Below, piece after piece: positions 41,192 through 54,674 of a stretch of DNA of 64,000 nucleotides. Within the stretch, counting starts at the first letter, position 1, and every line of letters starts with the position of its first letter. Location of the stretch: assembly GCA_951406725.2 (NCBI GenBank), contig OX597828.1:22072001-22136000 (forward strand). The letters run 5' to 3'. The stretch comes from Octopus vulgaris. Its lineage: Eukaryota. Both the position numbers and the translations under genes were made by a program. The notes under the pieces are model-generated. The model was given only the letters and a program-made list of their open reading frames with translations. It did not search any database and was not told where the DNA came from.

Positions 41192-42724
41192 GAATATATA
41201 TATGTATATATATATATATATGTATGTATGTATATGTATGAATATATATATGTATATATATATATATTCATGAATGTGTCTGATATATATTTAATATTTC
41301 CGTAGGTCTCTCTCTGTCTCTTCGTCTCTTCTCCTTCTCTCTATATATATATAAATATATGTATATATGATTTGTATATACATTTGTTATATGTATTATA
41401 CGAATGTATATATGCGTTTATGTATATACTCAGCCCTGAGTGGCAAACTATTTTACCCTGTTAATGGATCGCAAATATAAAATAATATCCCCTCGATGCT
41501 GAAAGAAAGATTTGTGAAAGAAACTGTAAGCAATTGAAATATGAGGACAGCAATAAATGTTATGGTTGGAAACGAGATAGCCATTATAGCAATATTGAAA
41601 AAAGAAAAAAAGGAACTGTCGAAAAAGTTTCATAGAGAAATACCTTTACAGACAGACATACGCACACAGATGCATATGCGGAGACACGCTGACGCAACCG
41701 AATATACTGAGACAGCATAGTTACACTTACACTACATGTTCTCAGACACACACACATATGTGTATCAGTGTGTGTATGTATATGTATACCTATAACTGTG
41801 AACATGTTTCTGTACTAAAGATATCTGCGTATATCCATATGCTTACGAGTATGCGTGTAAGCATACAGACACACACATACACACACACAGAGACAAACTT
41901 ATACGCATGCACAAACACAATCTCTCGTACACATATATATATGCGTGTGTACGTTCTCATAGATACGTGCGTATATATATATGTATATATATGTGTGTAT
42001 ACAAATATACACGCTCGCACACACACATATATATACAAATACACACATATATCCATCTTTATGTATGTATGTGTATATATTTATGTATGATTATATAAGT
42101 ATGTGTGCGTGTCTATATGACACTCTGAAAATATAAAGTACCATAAAATCACCATAGAACGTCGGAATGTCTTCCTATCTAGTGTAAATAATCAACCTAA
42201 CCCTATTCCCCAATAATCTAATGAACATATTCGCTTTATGTTATTAATTTTCTCCGCTTTTATAAAAGTCCAATTAAAAGATGTTGGTCGTGTTTTGTTA
42301 ACAAGACATTCTCGGCTTGGTTTTACCGTTGTTGCCGTTGCCTCCGCCGTCGCCTTTGCCTTCACCATCGGTGTAGCCTTCTTCTTCGCCGTAAAATTTT
42401 TCGTCTCCGTCGCCTTGACTGTCGCTCTTACCTTCCTCCTCGCCGTTGCCGTACTCGTCTCGCCGAGGCTGTTACCGTCGCCGCCCCCGAAGTTTTTGTT
42501 GTTGATTTTGCTGTTGTTGATAGTGGGGTTTTTTTCGTTGTGGTTATCTAGAGGCTTTTGCTGTTTTGTTATTTCTGTTGTTGTTGTTGTTGTTGTTGTT
42601 GTTGTGGTTGTTGTTGTCATTCAGAAATTTATTTATTCTATACTTCGCTTCTTTATATTCGGTTAGTTTAGATGGCTAGCATTTCTGAATATCGTAATAT
42701 CGTCGTTCATTGCGCTACGATACA

Positions 42725-42785
<61 letters not shown>

Positions 42786-43324
42786 AAAGAGACAAAGAGA
42801 GAAATACATACAAACACACACGCTCAGTCTTATACATATGCATATATACACACATGTAAACACACACACACATATATATATGTGTGTGTGTGTGTATGTA
42901 TAAACCTTCATACATATATATATTATAGAGAGAAAGAGAGAGTGAGGGGAGAGAGGGGGAGAGAGAGGGTCAGTCTGAGGGGATATACAGAAAGGGAGAT
43001 AGACAGAGAGACAATGAGAAAGAGAATGTTGGACACTAGAGTTCTCTACTCTTCTATCGGTTCCGACAGGAATATTGCAGTAATTCGATCAACCGACCGA
43101 GTGATTCATTAAATTATCATACAGGCCACTGAGTGTTCACCAAAATGTTCTATCTTTAGAGTAATCCTCAGACGGAGACTCAGCGTGATACTTTATGGTC
43201 GTGTGGTAAAAGTTTCCTCTAGAAACACATGGTTTCGTGTTCAGCTCCACTCCGTGACCTTGGGCAACTGCTTTCAACTCTAGCCTCTGGTCGAGCAAAG
43301 CCTTATATATATATATATATATAT

Positions 43325-43800
43325 AAAGGGAAAGTTTACGAAAATAAACAAAAGACGAAGGCAGGTGGAGTACAAACAAATAAATGTATTAGTACAGCGC
43401 TCAGGAATAGAAAAAGTCTTTTACGTTTCGAGCCTACACTCTTCGACAGAAAGATATACAGAAAAAACAAGGAGAGAAACAAGGAGAGAAAAAATGCGTC
43501 TAGTAGCTAACGGTCTATCATGGCGTCTTGACTTCGGACAATGGTCAGACGCGAGAGGAACAGTAGGGGAGATAACAGGGTCAAGTGACTTCCAATACGA
43601 AGGTTCCCCCAACACAAAGGTGCGTGTGTGTATAAGAGAGTATGTATGTGCGTGTGAAAGAGGGCTGGTGGTCTGGACGTGTGTGTGTATGTATGTGTGG
43701 GTGTGGAGATGTGGGGATGGGTGTGTGGGTGGTGTGTTGTGATGTGATATGTGTATGTATGTGTAGGTGTAATATCAGATGACAAATGAGTAAACGATTA
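43325..43800 (-). mobile_element. PLE-type terminal-repeat element with variant hammerhead
   Basis: 3' end at (TA)n; GT-rich tract on + mirrors the CA-rich tract after the PLE ORF at 787-1110; HHR-like motif at 43417-43454. Confidence 0.65.
43417..43454 (-). ncRNA. Variant minimal hammerhead (CUGUCGA core)
   Basis: Minus strand: tcttt-CTGTCGA-a gagt gtag gctc-GAAA-cg-TA-aaaga. Confidence 0.55.
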
Positions 43801-44125
43801 ACTTATAGGCGCAGGAGTGGCTGTGTGGTAAGTAGCTTGCTTACCAGCCACCCGGTTCCAGGTTCACTCACACTGCGTTCACCTTAGCCTCTAACCGAGC
43901 AGAATCTTATATATATATATCTCAGAAAATAAGATGACAAATAAGTAAGCGATTATATTATACAGAGATGTGATAACTGTTTATTTCTTTGCCATTTAGC
44001 TTTATTATTCCTGCCTTGAACTCGTCTTACAGTTCGTTCCAAAGCATACATATATTGAGTTCTACATTCGGTTATTAGTCTCGACATTTTTCCCGCAGCA
44101 GGAAGGATTATTATTATTATTATTA

Positions 44126-44222
<97 letters not shown>

Positions 44223-44252
44223 CTATTATTATTATTATCATTATTATTATTA

Positions 44253-44332
<80 letters not shown>

Positions 44333-44335
<3 letters not shown>

Positions 44336-44790
44336 TAGTTTATTTTTATAGCGTGCTTTCACTTCACTACCGAGCGCAGCTCTGTGTGCCTTGCGTATGT
44401 GCTGTGATTTGTTGTGATGCTCTGATGGTTATTGTATGGAAAGTGTTCTGCGTAGGATGTGTGCAGTGACTAGTAGTGCAATTTTCTGTATGTTATTTGT
44501 GTTTGTAAGTCCTGGTGTTTTTCTTATGTATTTGACTGAATATTTTTTTATCATGCCTAATGCACCTACTATGATAGGGATTGTTTCTGTTTTTAGATTC
44601 CACATTGTGGTTACCTCTATTTCCAGGTCTTTGTATTTTGAAAGTTTCTCCATTTCTTTTCATGATCTCTGACAACTATATCTGGTCTGTTGGCCTTAAT
44701 TTCTCTATATGTGTGGATCGGCATATTCCAGAGTATGGTTGCTTTCTCGTTTTCTGTGACATTTCTGGTGTGTGCCTATACCATCTTTTT
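44333..44790 (-). mobile_element. R4/Dong-type non-LTR retrotransposon 3' end (restriction-like endonuclease plus 3' UTR) in (TAA)n
   Basis: ENEKATILWNMPIHTYREIKANRPDIVV, an internal deletion, then EKLSKYKDLEIEVTTMWNLKTETIPIIVGALG...IQKIALLVTAHILRRTLS*. Confidence 0.9.
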
Positions 44791-44799
44791 ATTATTATT

Positions 44800-45298
44800 G
44801 AGTGAGAGAACAGTGCATGCCATCAAAGTAACACTGGGATAAAATATACGAAGCCCAGTGTACCCATCATGACTACTCGTCTGATAAGGTTACACTAGGC
44901 ACATGCATCACAACAATATGTGCGCGACATGGTGATCTTGTAAACAGCGCATGACCTTGCAGGTGGGGCCCAGTTAGAATTTTCTGCTGGTCGAGTAGCC
45001 CATCCCACTCAAAAGGTCCCTGAATAAGGTTTGTTTAAGGATGTTGAGCAAAACACCCATGTTTCCATAGGTGAATTATTCAAACCTCAAAGAATTCCTC
45101 TTACCACATATCATCAGCCACCATGGGACATGCTCAACTGGTCATGGTCAACAACCGACAAGCAAATCTGTGGTATTGAGCACAATATTTGCTGTAGGCC
45201 GTGTTTTTATACCAAGACAAAACAATGTAAATGATAACACTTCCAATCAGTAAAGTTGAGAAGCCATGAGAGCCACTGCCTGGTACTGCATCAGGGCA
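44800..45298. mobile_element. Unclassified ~500-bp insertion bounded by (TTA)n
   Basis: Complex sequence with sharp TTA-repeat boundaries; no coding motif recognised. Confidence 0.5.
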
Positions 45299-45350
45299 TT
45301 TTATTATTATTATTATCATTATCATCATCATCATTATTATTATTAGTAGT

Positions 45351-45416
<66 letters not shown>

Positions 45417-45419
<3 letters not shown>

Positions 45420-45564
45420 TAGTTTTATTTTTATAGCGTGCTTTCACTTCACTACCGAGCGCAGCTGTGTGCCTTGGGTATGTGCTGTGATTTGTTGTGA
45501 TGCTCTGATGGTTATTGTATGGGAAGTGTTCTGCGTAGGATGTGTGCAGTGCCTAGTAGTGCAA

Positions 45565-45567
<3 letters not shown>
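45417..45567 (-). mobile_element. Second, shorter 3' end of the same R4/Dong family
   Basis: Near-identical to 44333-44485; encodes IALLGTAHILRRTL. Confidence 0.9.
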
Positions 45568-45628
<61 letters not shown>

Positions 45629-45629
45629 G

Positions 45630-45728
45630 ACGCTGGACGAAATGCTTAGCGGTTTTCCGCTCGTCGCTACGTTCTGAATTCAAATTCCACCGACGTTGAC
45701 TTTAACGTTCATCCTTTCGGGGTCGACA
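45630..45728 (+). mobile_element. Family C SINE fragment
   Basis: gaaatgcttagcgg...ttcaaattcc...catcctttcggggtcga. Confidence 0.75.
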
Positions 45729-45749
45729 AGTGAGTCTATAATAGAAAGG

Positions 45750-45797
<48 letters not shown>

Positions 45798-45903
45798 ATT
45801 ATTATTATTATTATTATTATGATTATTATTATTATTATTATTGTTATTATTATTATTATTATTGTTATTATTATTAATATTATTGTTATTATTATTATTA
45901 TTA

Positions 45904-45934
<31 letters not shown>

Positions 45935-45943
45935 CATTATCAT

Positions 45944-46315
45944 TGCCTTTGCACAGCTTCTAACGCTGCAGATGTACCACAGTATCAGCTGTTTACTACC
46001 AGTGAACTAAGATAACACTCATTTTGCGATCATCTTTCGGAGTATTCGAGCAGTTCCAAACATTGCTATTTTCTGCCAGTGATCCACCCATATTGCAGCC
46101 CCTATTAGTTCCATGTACTTCTCAAGATTTTTACTCACTGTACCGATGGCTCCAACACTTATTGTTACTAGTACTACCGTTTTCATCGACCACAACTGCT
46201 TAACTTCCCAAGGTAACCGATCATATCTCTCGACTTTTCTTTCTTCCTTGTCGCATACCTTGTTGTCAGCTGGGCAAGCTATATCTATGATCCAGTAATA
46301 GTTTGCTTTCTATTT
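45944..46315 (-). mobile_element. R4/Dong-type 3' end, second family
   Basis: Hand translation WIIDIACPADNKVCDKEERKVERYDRLPWEVKQLWSMKTVVLVTISVGAIGTVSKNLEKYMELIG...QKIAMFGTARILRKMIAK*; not in the ORF track. Confidence 0.88.
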
Positions 46316-46351
<36 letters not shown>

Positions 46352-46360
46352 TCTTCTTCT

Positions 46361-46785
<425 letters not shown>

Positions 46786-46787
46786 GT

Positions 46788-46980
46788 GTGCTGGCAAAAT
46801 CGTTAGTAGACCGGGCAAGGTTCTTAGCGGCATTTCGCCCGTCCTTACGTTCTGGGTTCACATTCCGCCTAGGTCCACTTTGTTTTTTATCTTTCCGGGA
46901 TCGATAAATTAAGTACGAGTTACGCACAGGGTCGGTGTAATTGACTTGTCCCTGCCAACCAAATTCCAAACCTTGTGTGT
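46788..46980 (+). mobile_element. Family C SINE, diverged
   Basis: gctggcaaaatcgttag...gggatcgataaattaagtac. Confidence 0.8.
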
Positions 46981-46992
46981 TTGGAAGAAAGG

Positions 46993-47037
<45 letters not shown>

Positions 47038-47187
47038 GAAGATGTCACATACTATACACTATTGTGAAGTTGTAGACTGGAGATATTGTGTGTACTTGGG
47101 GTTTGTGCTGTCTTGCAAATCACCGCAAGGACTCAGTCAGACAGTACTTTACGCAGTATGCGTGCAATCATTATTTTCTTTTTTCGG
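47038..47187 (-). mobile_element. R4/Dong-type 3' end, fourth family
   Basis: ARILRKVLSD* followed by 3' UTR and (TAA)n. Confidence 0.7.
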
Positions 47188-47639
47188 CTGTTATTTTTGT
47201 TGTTGTTTATCGGAGGTAAATGGCTGCGGTGACGCAATGTTGCTTGATTTGTTGAAATCATCAATATTTTTCCTTTTCTTCGTATTTATTTTAACGTTGA
47301 ACATAATTTATGGGTTTTATCTTTAAAAATATATTGATGTCAAAAACACAAAAAAAGAAATAAGAAACTGCTATAATAAATATATAAAACACACATAAAA
47401 GTTTACATAATGTCCAGTAAAGTTGTATTGATTGTAAATTCCCGTAAGCCGTTGTCGTTGTAATTGTTTTCATCGTTGAATCTTAGGTCAAATCTGGTCG
47501 AGCAGACTTCTGATCAAAAACATTCGAGCCTTGGAAATTGCATCTTTTTCTTCATTTATATGACTACACTATACCCTGAATCTATCTATTTCAACTGAGG
47601 TAAGGTTAAATTTGAGGGTGAACTGGCTGCTGTTTCTTA

Positions 47640-48200
47640 CTACATGAGTCGGGCTCAATTTTCCACGCATCCACCCATCCATTGAACTGTATGGAAACCG
47701 GCTTCGCAAAGAATAGACCCAACGTTTCTTCGGCGTTTAGCAAAAGGTGACTAAATGACGTTGCGATAGGATTTACACTCCGGCCCCGTAAAGCCCTCAC
47801 CAGCAACGACTACCCAAACGCACCAATGGGTTGGAGGGATATGGCATGAATGATCAAAAGTGTCATCCTCCAATAAAATGAGGTTGCAGGGACGCACAAC
47901 AGCAGCGCATGTTCTAACAACTGGTGCTTTTTTCCTCGGTCCCGAAGGGATGAAAGCAAAGTCGACATCAGTGGAATTTGAACTGACCAGTCCAAACATT
48001 TTCGCCGCTCACATGGTGTGTCATGTTGATGTTGAGGGGCGGTTAGAATCCTCAGGCCCCTCTCCATAGAATAATACCAGAAGCAACCATCATTATACTT
48101 CCCTGCTAGATTCCCAATCATGAGGAACTGAAGCTATGAATATTAGTTAACAATTTCGCTTTTGGTCTACCTCTTGGTCTGCTGCCATTTCGCTTGGCTT
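47640..48200 (-). pseudogene. Decayed L1/Tx1-like C-terminal zinc-knuckle region split by a family C fragment (~47920-47985)
   Basis: TPCERR on one side of the SINE fragment and EHALLLCVPATSFYW on the other (cf. CxxC...EH.L..C....W). Confidence 0.4.
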
Positions 48201-48225
48201 GAAGGATTTGTGATGCAATACTTTC

Positions 48226-48432
48226 GGTGAGATGGTACAATCGTTAGCACGCCGGGCAAAATACTTAACGGAGTTCAAATTCCGCCGAGGTTAACTTTGC
48301 CTTTCATCCGTTCGTGGCCGATTAAATAAGTACCAATTACTCACTGGGATAGATGTAATGGACTTAGTCCCTTTGCCTGTCCTTGTTTGTCTCCTCCTCT
48401 ATGTTTAGCCCCTTGTGGACAATAAAGAATTA
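48226..48432 (+). mobile_element. Family C SINE with TSD
   Basis: Matches 10842-11071; aatactttc on both flanks. Confidence 0.88.
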
Positions 48433-49766
48433 AATACTTTCCTGTGACGTTCTAATCACATGTTTGTAGCACCGGAGCTGTGCCCTCTCAAAGAAGAGGT
48501 GTAACAGTTTAATGTGAAAAGATTACCTGACATCGAGCTACGAACCCTGTCGAGTATCGGTATCTCATAGACCCGTCGATAGAACTCCATTTGGTTCCGT
48601 GTTCAGTCACACTGCGAGTTACTCTGGGGAAATGTTTTCTATAATATCCCAGGGTCGACCAAAGCTTTGTGAGTAGATTTATTTGGCAAGACACAGAAAG
48701 AAGCCTGTCGTAGTTCGTTATGACGTCTGGTTTGCGCCTGAAGATTATGTCTGTTTTTTTCTCAACATACGAAACTATTAGTACCACCCACTTTAATACA
48801 TGTTTTGTGACCTTTAAATAAATAATAGTTACCTCTCAAAAGATGGCGTACTTTTTTGTGGAATTTTCAACCGCAGAACAGTACATTATATATATACATA
48901 TATTTGTGTGTATGTGTGTGCGTGCGCCCGTGCGTGCGTGCGTGTGTGCTTGTGTGTATGTGTATGTGTATACGTATATCAGTTTGTGTTTGTTTGTGAC
49001 CAGACACAACTTGACAACCGGTATTGGCTTGATTATGTCTCTGTAGCTTAGAGGTTGTGCATAAATGACCAATGGAAAAAGTGGCAGGTTTAAATAAAGA
49101 AATCCTGTGGTTGATTTGTTCGACTAAGACCTTCAAGGCAATGCCCTAGCATAGCCGCAGTCCAATTACTAAAACAAGTAACGAAAAAAAAAACAGACAT
49201 ACTTTAACTGAGGCAACATAATACCGTTATCTTTTAAGGTACGTCACGTGATTCGAGCAAGATTTGGTTTCTATTTCTAACAGGATGCATAACCAGGTAT
49301 AGCTCTTCACATTGGCTTTATCGAATAGTAATGATACACAACATAATTTATTTCTGGAAGGAGGGGGGAAAAATATTGACAGGAGACATTCCTGGACTCA
49401 AGCTTTTCAAACATTGCATTACGTCCGCTGAGATGGTTTGTAGCGTAGCTTGCTGTAAGCCAGTCCGCCATTGTTGGTAGTCAAGTACAGAATGGCGATA
49501 TATAATGTCTGCTCGTAGCGAATGTAACTGTTGCTATGGTTGTTGTTTTAGCTTTCCTGCTGCTGCTGCTGCTGCTGCTGCTGTTTTTGGCTCTGCTGCT
49601 GTTGTTGTTGTTGTTTTTGTTGTCGTTGTCCGTGTTGTTGTTTTTCTGGTTTTTGTTCTTCTTGTTCTTGTTTATCGAAGGGTAATGGTTAGGGGCAGTG
49701 TGTAGCGATGTTCGTTTTGTTGCAATCATCAATACAGTTCTGTTCTTTTATATTTCGTACTCTTGT

Positions 49767-49817
<51 letters not shown>

Positions 49818-49836
49818 CAAATAAGAAAACAGAACG

Positions 49837-49875
<39 letters not shown>

Positions 49876-49892
49876 CAAATAAGAAAACAGAG

Positions 49893-49939
<47 letters not shown>

Positions 49940-49988
49940 CAAATAAGAAAACAGAGAGGATATATATGTATATAAAATGTATATATGC

Positions 49989-50029
<41 letters not shown>

Positions 50030-50088
50030 TATATATATATGTATGTATGTATACATACATAAATGTTTATGCGTCTACATATATATAT

Positions 50089-50157
<69 letters not shown>

Positions 50158-50192
50158 CGTTTGAGTGTGTGACTGTGTGTGTATGTGTGTAA

Positions 50193-50227
<35 letters not shown>

Positions 50228-50481
50228 GGGTTTTATTACGCTGTTTTTTCTTTAAAAGTATATTGAAGTCACAAGAACTGTTATAATAAACACAGAAAAA
50301 TACATGAAAGCTAGTTTCAAGGAAAATAATACTCACTTAACAACAAAAAAAAAATAATAATAATAATAATAAAACAGAAAAGAATATAAGAAACAAAAAT
50401 GAATAAATTAAGAATAAATCGATTTTTAAAAACTAAACACATCATTGATTTATCTATAAAGCTATTTTAAATATTTCGCTT

Positions 50482-50532
<51 letters not shown>

Positions 50533-50552
50533 GTCTATCTATCTATCTATCA

Positions 50553-50583
<31 letters not shown>

Positions 50584-50584
50584 A

Positions 50585-50618
<34 letters not shown>

Positions 50619-50649
50619 ATTTACCTGTCTCTATGTCTTTGTCTCTCTA

Positions 50650-50742
<93 letters not shown>

Positions 50743-50773
50743 ATTTACCTGTCTCTATGTCTTTGTCTCTCTA

Positions 50774-50850
<77 letters not shown>

Positions 50851-51096
50851 ATCTATTGGTCTGTCTGTCTGTGTGTCTGCCTAGCTGTCTGAATATATAA
50901 CCTGTCATAGAGTTCCGCATGTACACACTTCCAAATTGTACCACTTGCACTTTCTGTGTGTCTGTCTGACTCTCTCTCTCTCCGTCTCCTCCTCCTCTAT
51001 CATTTCTCTCTCTGTCTCTTTTCTCTCTATCTCCTCTTCTCTCTTTTGCTCTCTCTCCCTCTCTCTTTCACACCATTTCTTATATATACAGGCACA

Positions 51097-51134
<38 letters not shown>

Positions 51135-51465
51135 TAGTTGCATGTGTGAAAGAGTGTGTCTTGTAACTATTTTTAATACACGATAGCGTGTACACGTGTG
51201 TGTATGTGTGATGTGTATGTATGTGTGCGTGAGTCTGCCTGCGTGTGCTTCGCTGTATGCGTGTGTTGTGTGTGTGTGCTGTGCCTATGAATGTTTTCTG
51301 TAAATAATCAACACTACATGAAATATATTCATCTTTTCTCATTGAACGTGTGAGATTATTCTCTGTCCAACACATATACAGATTTGACAACGGAAGGTGA
51401 GGAAAATCTGTAAGAAAAAATATTTCTTATTTGTTACTTTACTTCCCTCACAATTACACACCCCA

Positions 51466-51503
<38 letters not shown>

Positions 51504-51506
<3 letters not shown>

Positions 51507-51924
51507 TGCAGGAGTGGCTGTGTGGTAAGTAGCTTGTTTACTAACCACATGGTTCCGGGTTCAGTCCTAGTGCGTAGCATCTTGGGCAAGTGTCTTCTAC
51601 TATAGCCTCGGGCCGACCAAAGCCTTGTGAGTGGATTTGGTAGACGGAAACTGAAAGAAGCCCGTCGTATATATGTATATGTATATATGTATGTGTGTGT
51701 GTGCATGTTTGTGTGTCTGTGTTTTTCCCCTAGCATTGCTTGACAACCGATGCTGGTGTGTTTACGTCGCCGTCACTTAGCGGTTCGGCAAAAAGAGACC
51801 GATAGAATAAGTACTGGGCTTACAAAGAATAAGTCTCGGGGTCGATTTTCTCAACTAAAGGCGGTGCTCCAGCATGGCCGTTGTCAAAGGACTGAAACAA
51901 GTAAAAGAATAAAAGAATAAAAGA
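51504..51924 (+). mobile_element. SINE family B, best-preserved copy
   Basis: A box tggctgtgtggtaa, B-box-like gggttcagtcc, CORE-like cttgggcaagtgtctt, internal TA/TG tract, (aaaagaat)n tail. Confidence 0.92.
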
Positions 51925-52074
51925 ATATATATATATGTGCGTGTGTGTGTGTGTGTGCGTGTGTGTGTATGTGTGTGTGTATGTGTGTGTGTGTGTTTAT
52001 GTATATATGTATGTATGTGTGTGGGTGTTTGTGTATGTATATAGATATATATATTTATACATATACATATATGT

Positions 52075-52743
52075 GTACAGGACATCACCAAATGAGTAAA
52101 CAACATGAAGTACGGAAACAAATGAGTTAAATACGCAAACACTGAGAGAAACGAATGGAAAACAGGACAAGTAACACAGAGAAAGGGCCCTTCATCAGTT
52201 GTCGGCTGTCTATCTACTCTTCATTTAGAGCATTCAACGTCAATATGAATCTTTGAAGACAGTTGCTTCCAGAAATTCCAAAATAAAATTTTAGATTTAA
52301 TGAGTTAGGAATAAAAATAGGACAGTGGAGACATACAAGAAAACTGAACGAAAACAAACAGGGAGGGTCGTTAGACCGGAATCAGAGGAAAATATTGAAC
52401 GGTGGGAGAAATAATTTCTTTGAAAAGAGAAAAGGTAGAAGAGAGAGGAAGACGTCCAGTTTTTAGAACATCGTTCAGGAAAAGAAAGATGGTCACGTGA
52501 GGAAAAGAAAGATGGACGATGGTCACGTGTGAGCAACGAGAGAGAGAGAGAGAGAGAAAGAGAAAGAGACAGAGGGAAAGAGAGAGGGAGGGAGAGATAA
52601 AGATAGAAAATGGTGAAGGGCAAAAAAGTGAATTAGAGAAGGATGGGGGAGAAAACTGCATAGAATAGAGTCGCATCAAAATGGTTAAGATAAACTTGCT
52701 TAGAAATGGATGCATGGCGATCGCTTAAATAACAATATAAATA

Positions 52744-52745
<2 letters not shown>
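52075..52745 (-). mobile_element. Probable PLE-type terminal-repeat remnant between TA-rich tracts
   Basis: Architecture resembles 43325-43800; ctgtct/agacag stem flanking a decayed HHR-like core, plus a CTGATGA at 52192-52198 on the minus strand. Confidence 0.4.
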
Positions 52746-52835
<90 letters not shown>

Positions 52836-52846
52836 GTACAAAACAC

Positions 52847-52959
52847 GGGCGTGGCTCTGTGGTAAAAAGCTTGCATCCCAAACACATGGTTTCGGGTTCA
52901 GTTCTACTGCATGACATTTCTTCTATAACCTTGTGAGTGAATCTGGTGGGCCAAAACAG

Positions 52960-53019
<60 letters not shown>

Positions 53020-53160
53020 GTGTGTGTGTGTGTGTGTGAGCGCGTGTGAGTGTCTGTCTTTGTGTCTGGTGTTGGTGTGTTTAGCTCCTCGTAACTTAGC
53101 GGTTCGGTGAAAGGGTCCCACAGAATAAGTAGCAAGCTTAAAAGTTAAGTCCTGGGGACG
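52847..53160 (+). mobile_element. Family B SINE, diverged
   Basis: ggcgtggctctgtggtaa...acttagcggttcgg...gtcctgggg. Confidence 0.8.
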
Positions 53161-53269
53161 TTTCAAATCCACTCACAAGTTTTCTATGGGCTTGAGAATG
53201 TAATGTAAGGTACCAAGCAGTGGAACTGAACCCAAAGTGTCCGTCTATCTGTCTGTCTGTCTGTCTCTG

Positions 53270-53315
<46 letters not shown>

Positions 53316-53499
53316 CTCTCTCCCTCTCTACATATATATACATATATATATATATATATTACGTATTTTCAAATTTTTATTCATTTTTCTCCCGGCTACT
53401 ATCTTACTAGCCCACTCATGCTCCATACCCAGCTTTAGATTCAGGTGTTGCTTTATATCCTGAAAGGCTGTGCGCTAAAATAACCCTCCTTCCAGATTA

Positions 53500-54640
53500 T
53501 TTATACAAATTATTCTCTCCAGATTCATCTTCTATTCAGTTTTGTTTACGTTGGAAATGTATAACACACCATTCGTAAGAAGGAGTTGTGGAAATGTTAC
53601 CCTCCCCACAAATTTGTTCACTTGATCTCCTACTCGGGAAACTCCCATTTGATGCAAATTCCCTCGAAGCACCTTGTTATTCTTCCTCTTTTAGTTCTGT
53701 TTCAATTATAGCTTCCTTTTCTTTAGTATCTGTCTTCCCTCATTGCTGCAAGTGGACGGAACGGAGATTCCGCCGACCTTCGCATGTCATTGTAATGATG
53801 TCCCAATTTCAATATATTTTCAGGCTGTCCAACTCACGTGTTATCTATCTGTCAGCTTGTGTCCCAATTTTGTAGTGGTCCCTCATGTCTCACACACGCA
53901 TCCTGAGAGACCTTGAATATCATTAGTTCTATCTTCAATACTTCTACTACAGCTTCCAGGAAGTTCGGCCTGCTCTCATCTTATGTACAGCCTTACTGAA
54001 TTAAAACATGTGATACCCGAACTCTATCGGATTTATTTGTTTATCTTTCCTTCTAGTCCAACCAAGTCCTTCTACACTTACCACCTGGAACCTGGTAGAC
54101 TGTCAACATCAAAGGTATTCTAAGCAGGAGTTCATCTGGGTTCATTTCTGAAAACCCTAGTATATTAATCTTCATCAGCGATTCCTTATTGATTGTCTTA
54201 ATATTGTCAACGTTGCTCCGATCTGAGGGTGAGATATAAAATCTCTTCCTAGCCATTTATTCGGGTTCTACTCTCTCGATCGAACAGCTTCGTTCAGCTT
54301 GATCCTGTTTGTCAGCTTGCCTTTCGTGATCACCATATTCCTCAATTTCTTTTATATTGTGCAATGCTATCGTTCGTTCAAGTGAATTTTTTCACCCGTT
54401 TCGCTTCCACAGAGTTTCTGCGTGTCAATGTTCTCACGAAAGCAGTTGTTTGATGTTTTTAGTTGATGCAGCACATGATAAATCCTTGGGCTTCTTCCCT
54501 GGCAACTGTTCAAATGAGATCATAGCCATGGTTAATAATCGTATCAATTTAACATCCTTCACCTCCCACAAGAGAGCTTTCGAAGCTATGGAATATTTGT
54601 TTATTTGATGTTAAAATGGTCACTCGGTTTAAAATGTCAT
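53500..54640 (-). pseudogene. Possible highly decayed Gypsy gag/protease remnant
   Basis: FHSFES, IKQLL..E...AE, and an LRD-like motif near 53900; weak. Confidence 0.3.
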
Positions 54641-54674
54641 ATTATCCTTTTTAGAGATTCATTATATAAGCGAA

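Noticed and set aside
49817-49960. CRISPR-like repeat-spacer look
   Set aside because: Spacers are pure (TA)n, context is eukaryotic and there are no cas genes.
50618-50800. Local ~120-bp duplication within the (TATC)n tract
   Set aside because: Ordinary slippage in a compound microsatellite.
54140-54185. Minus-strand CTGATGA...GAAA
   Set aside because: No stem I or III and no NUH site in register.
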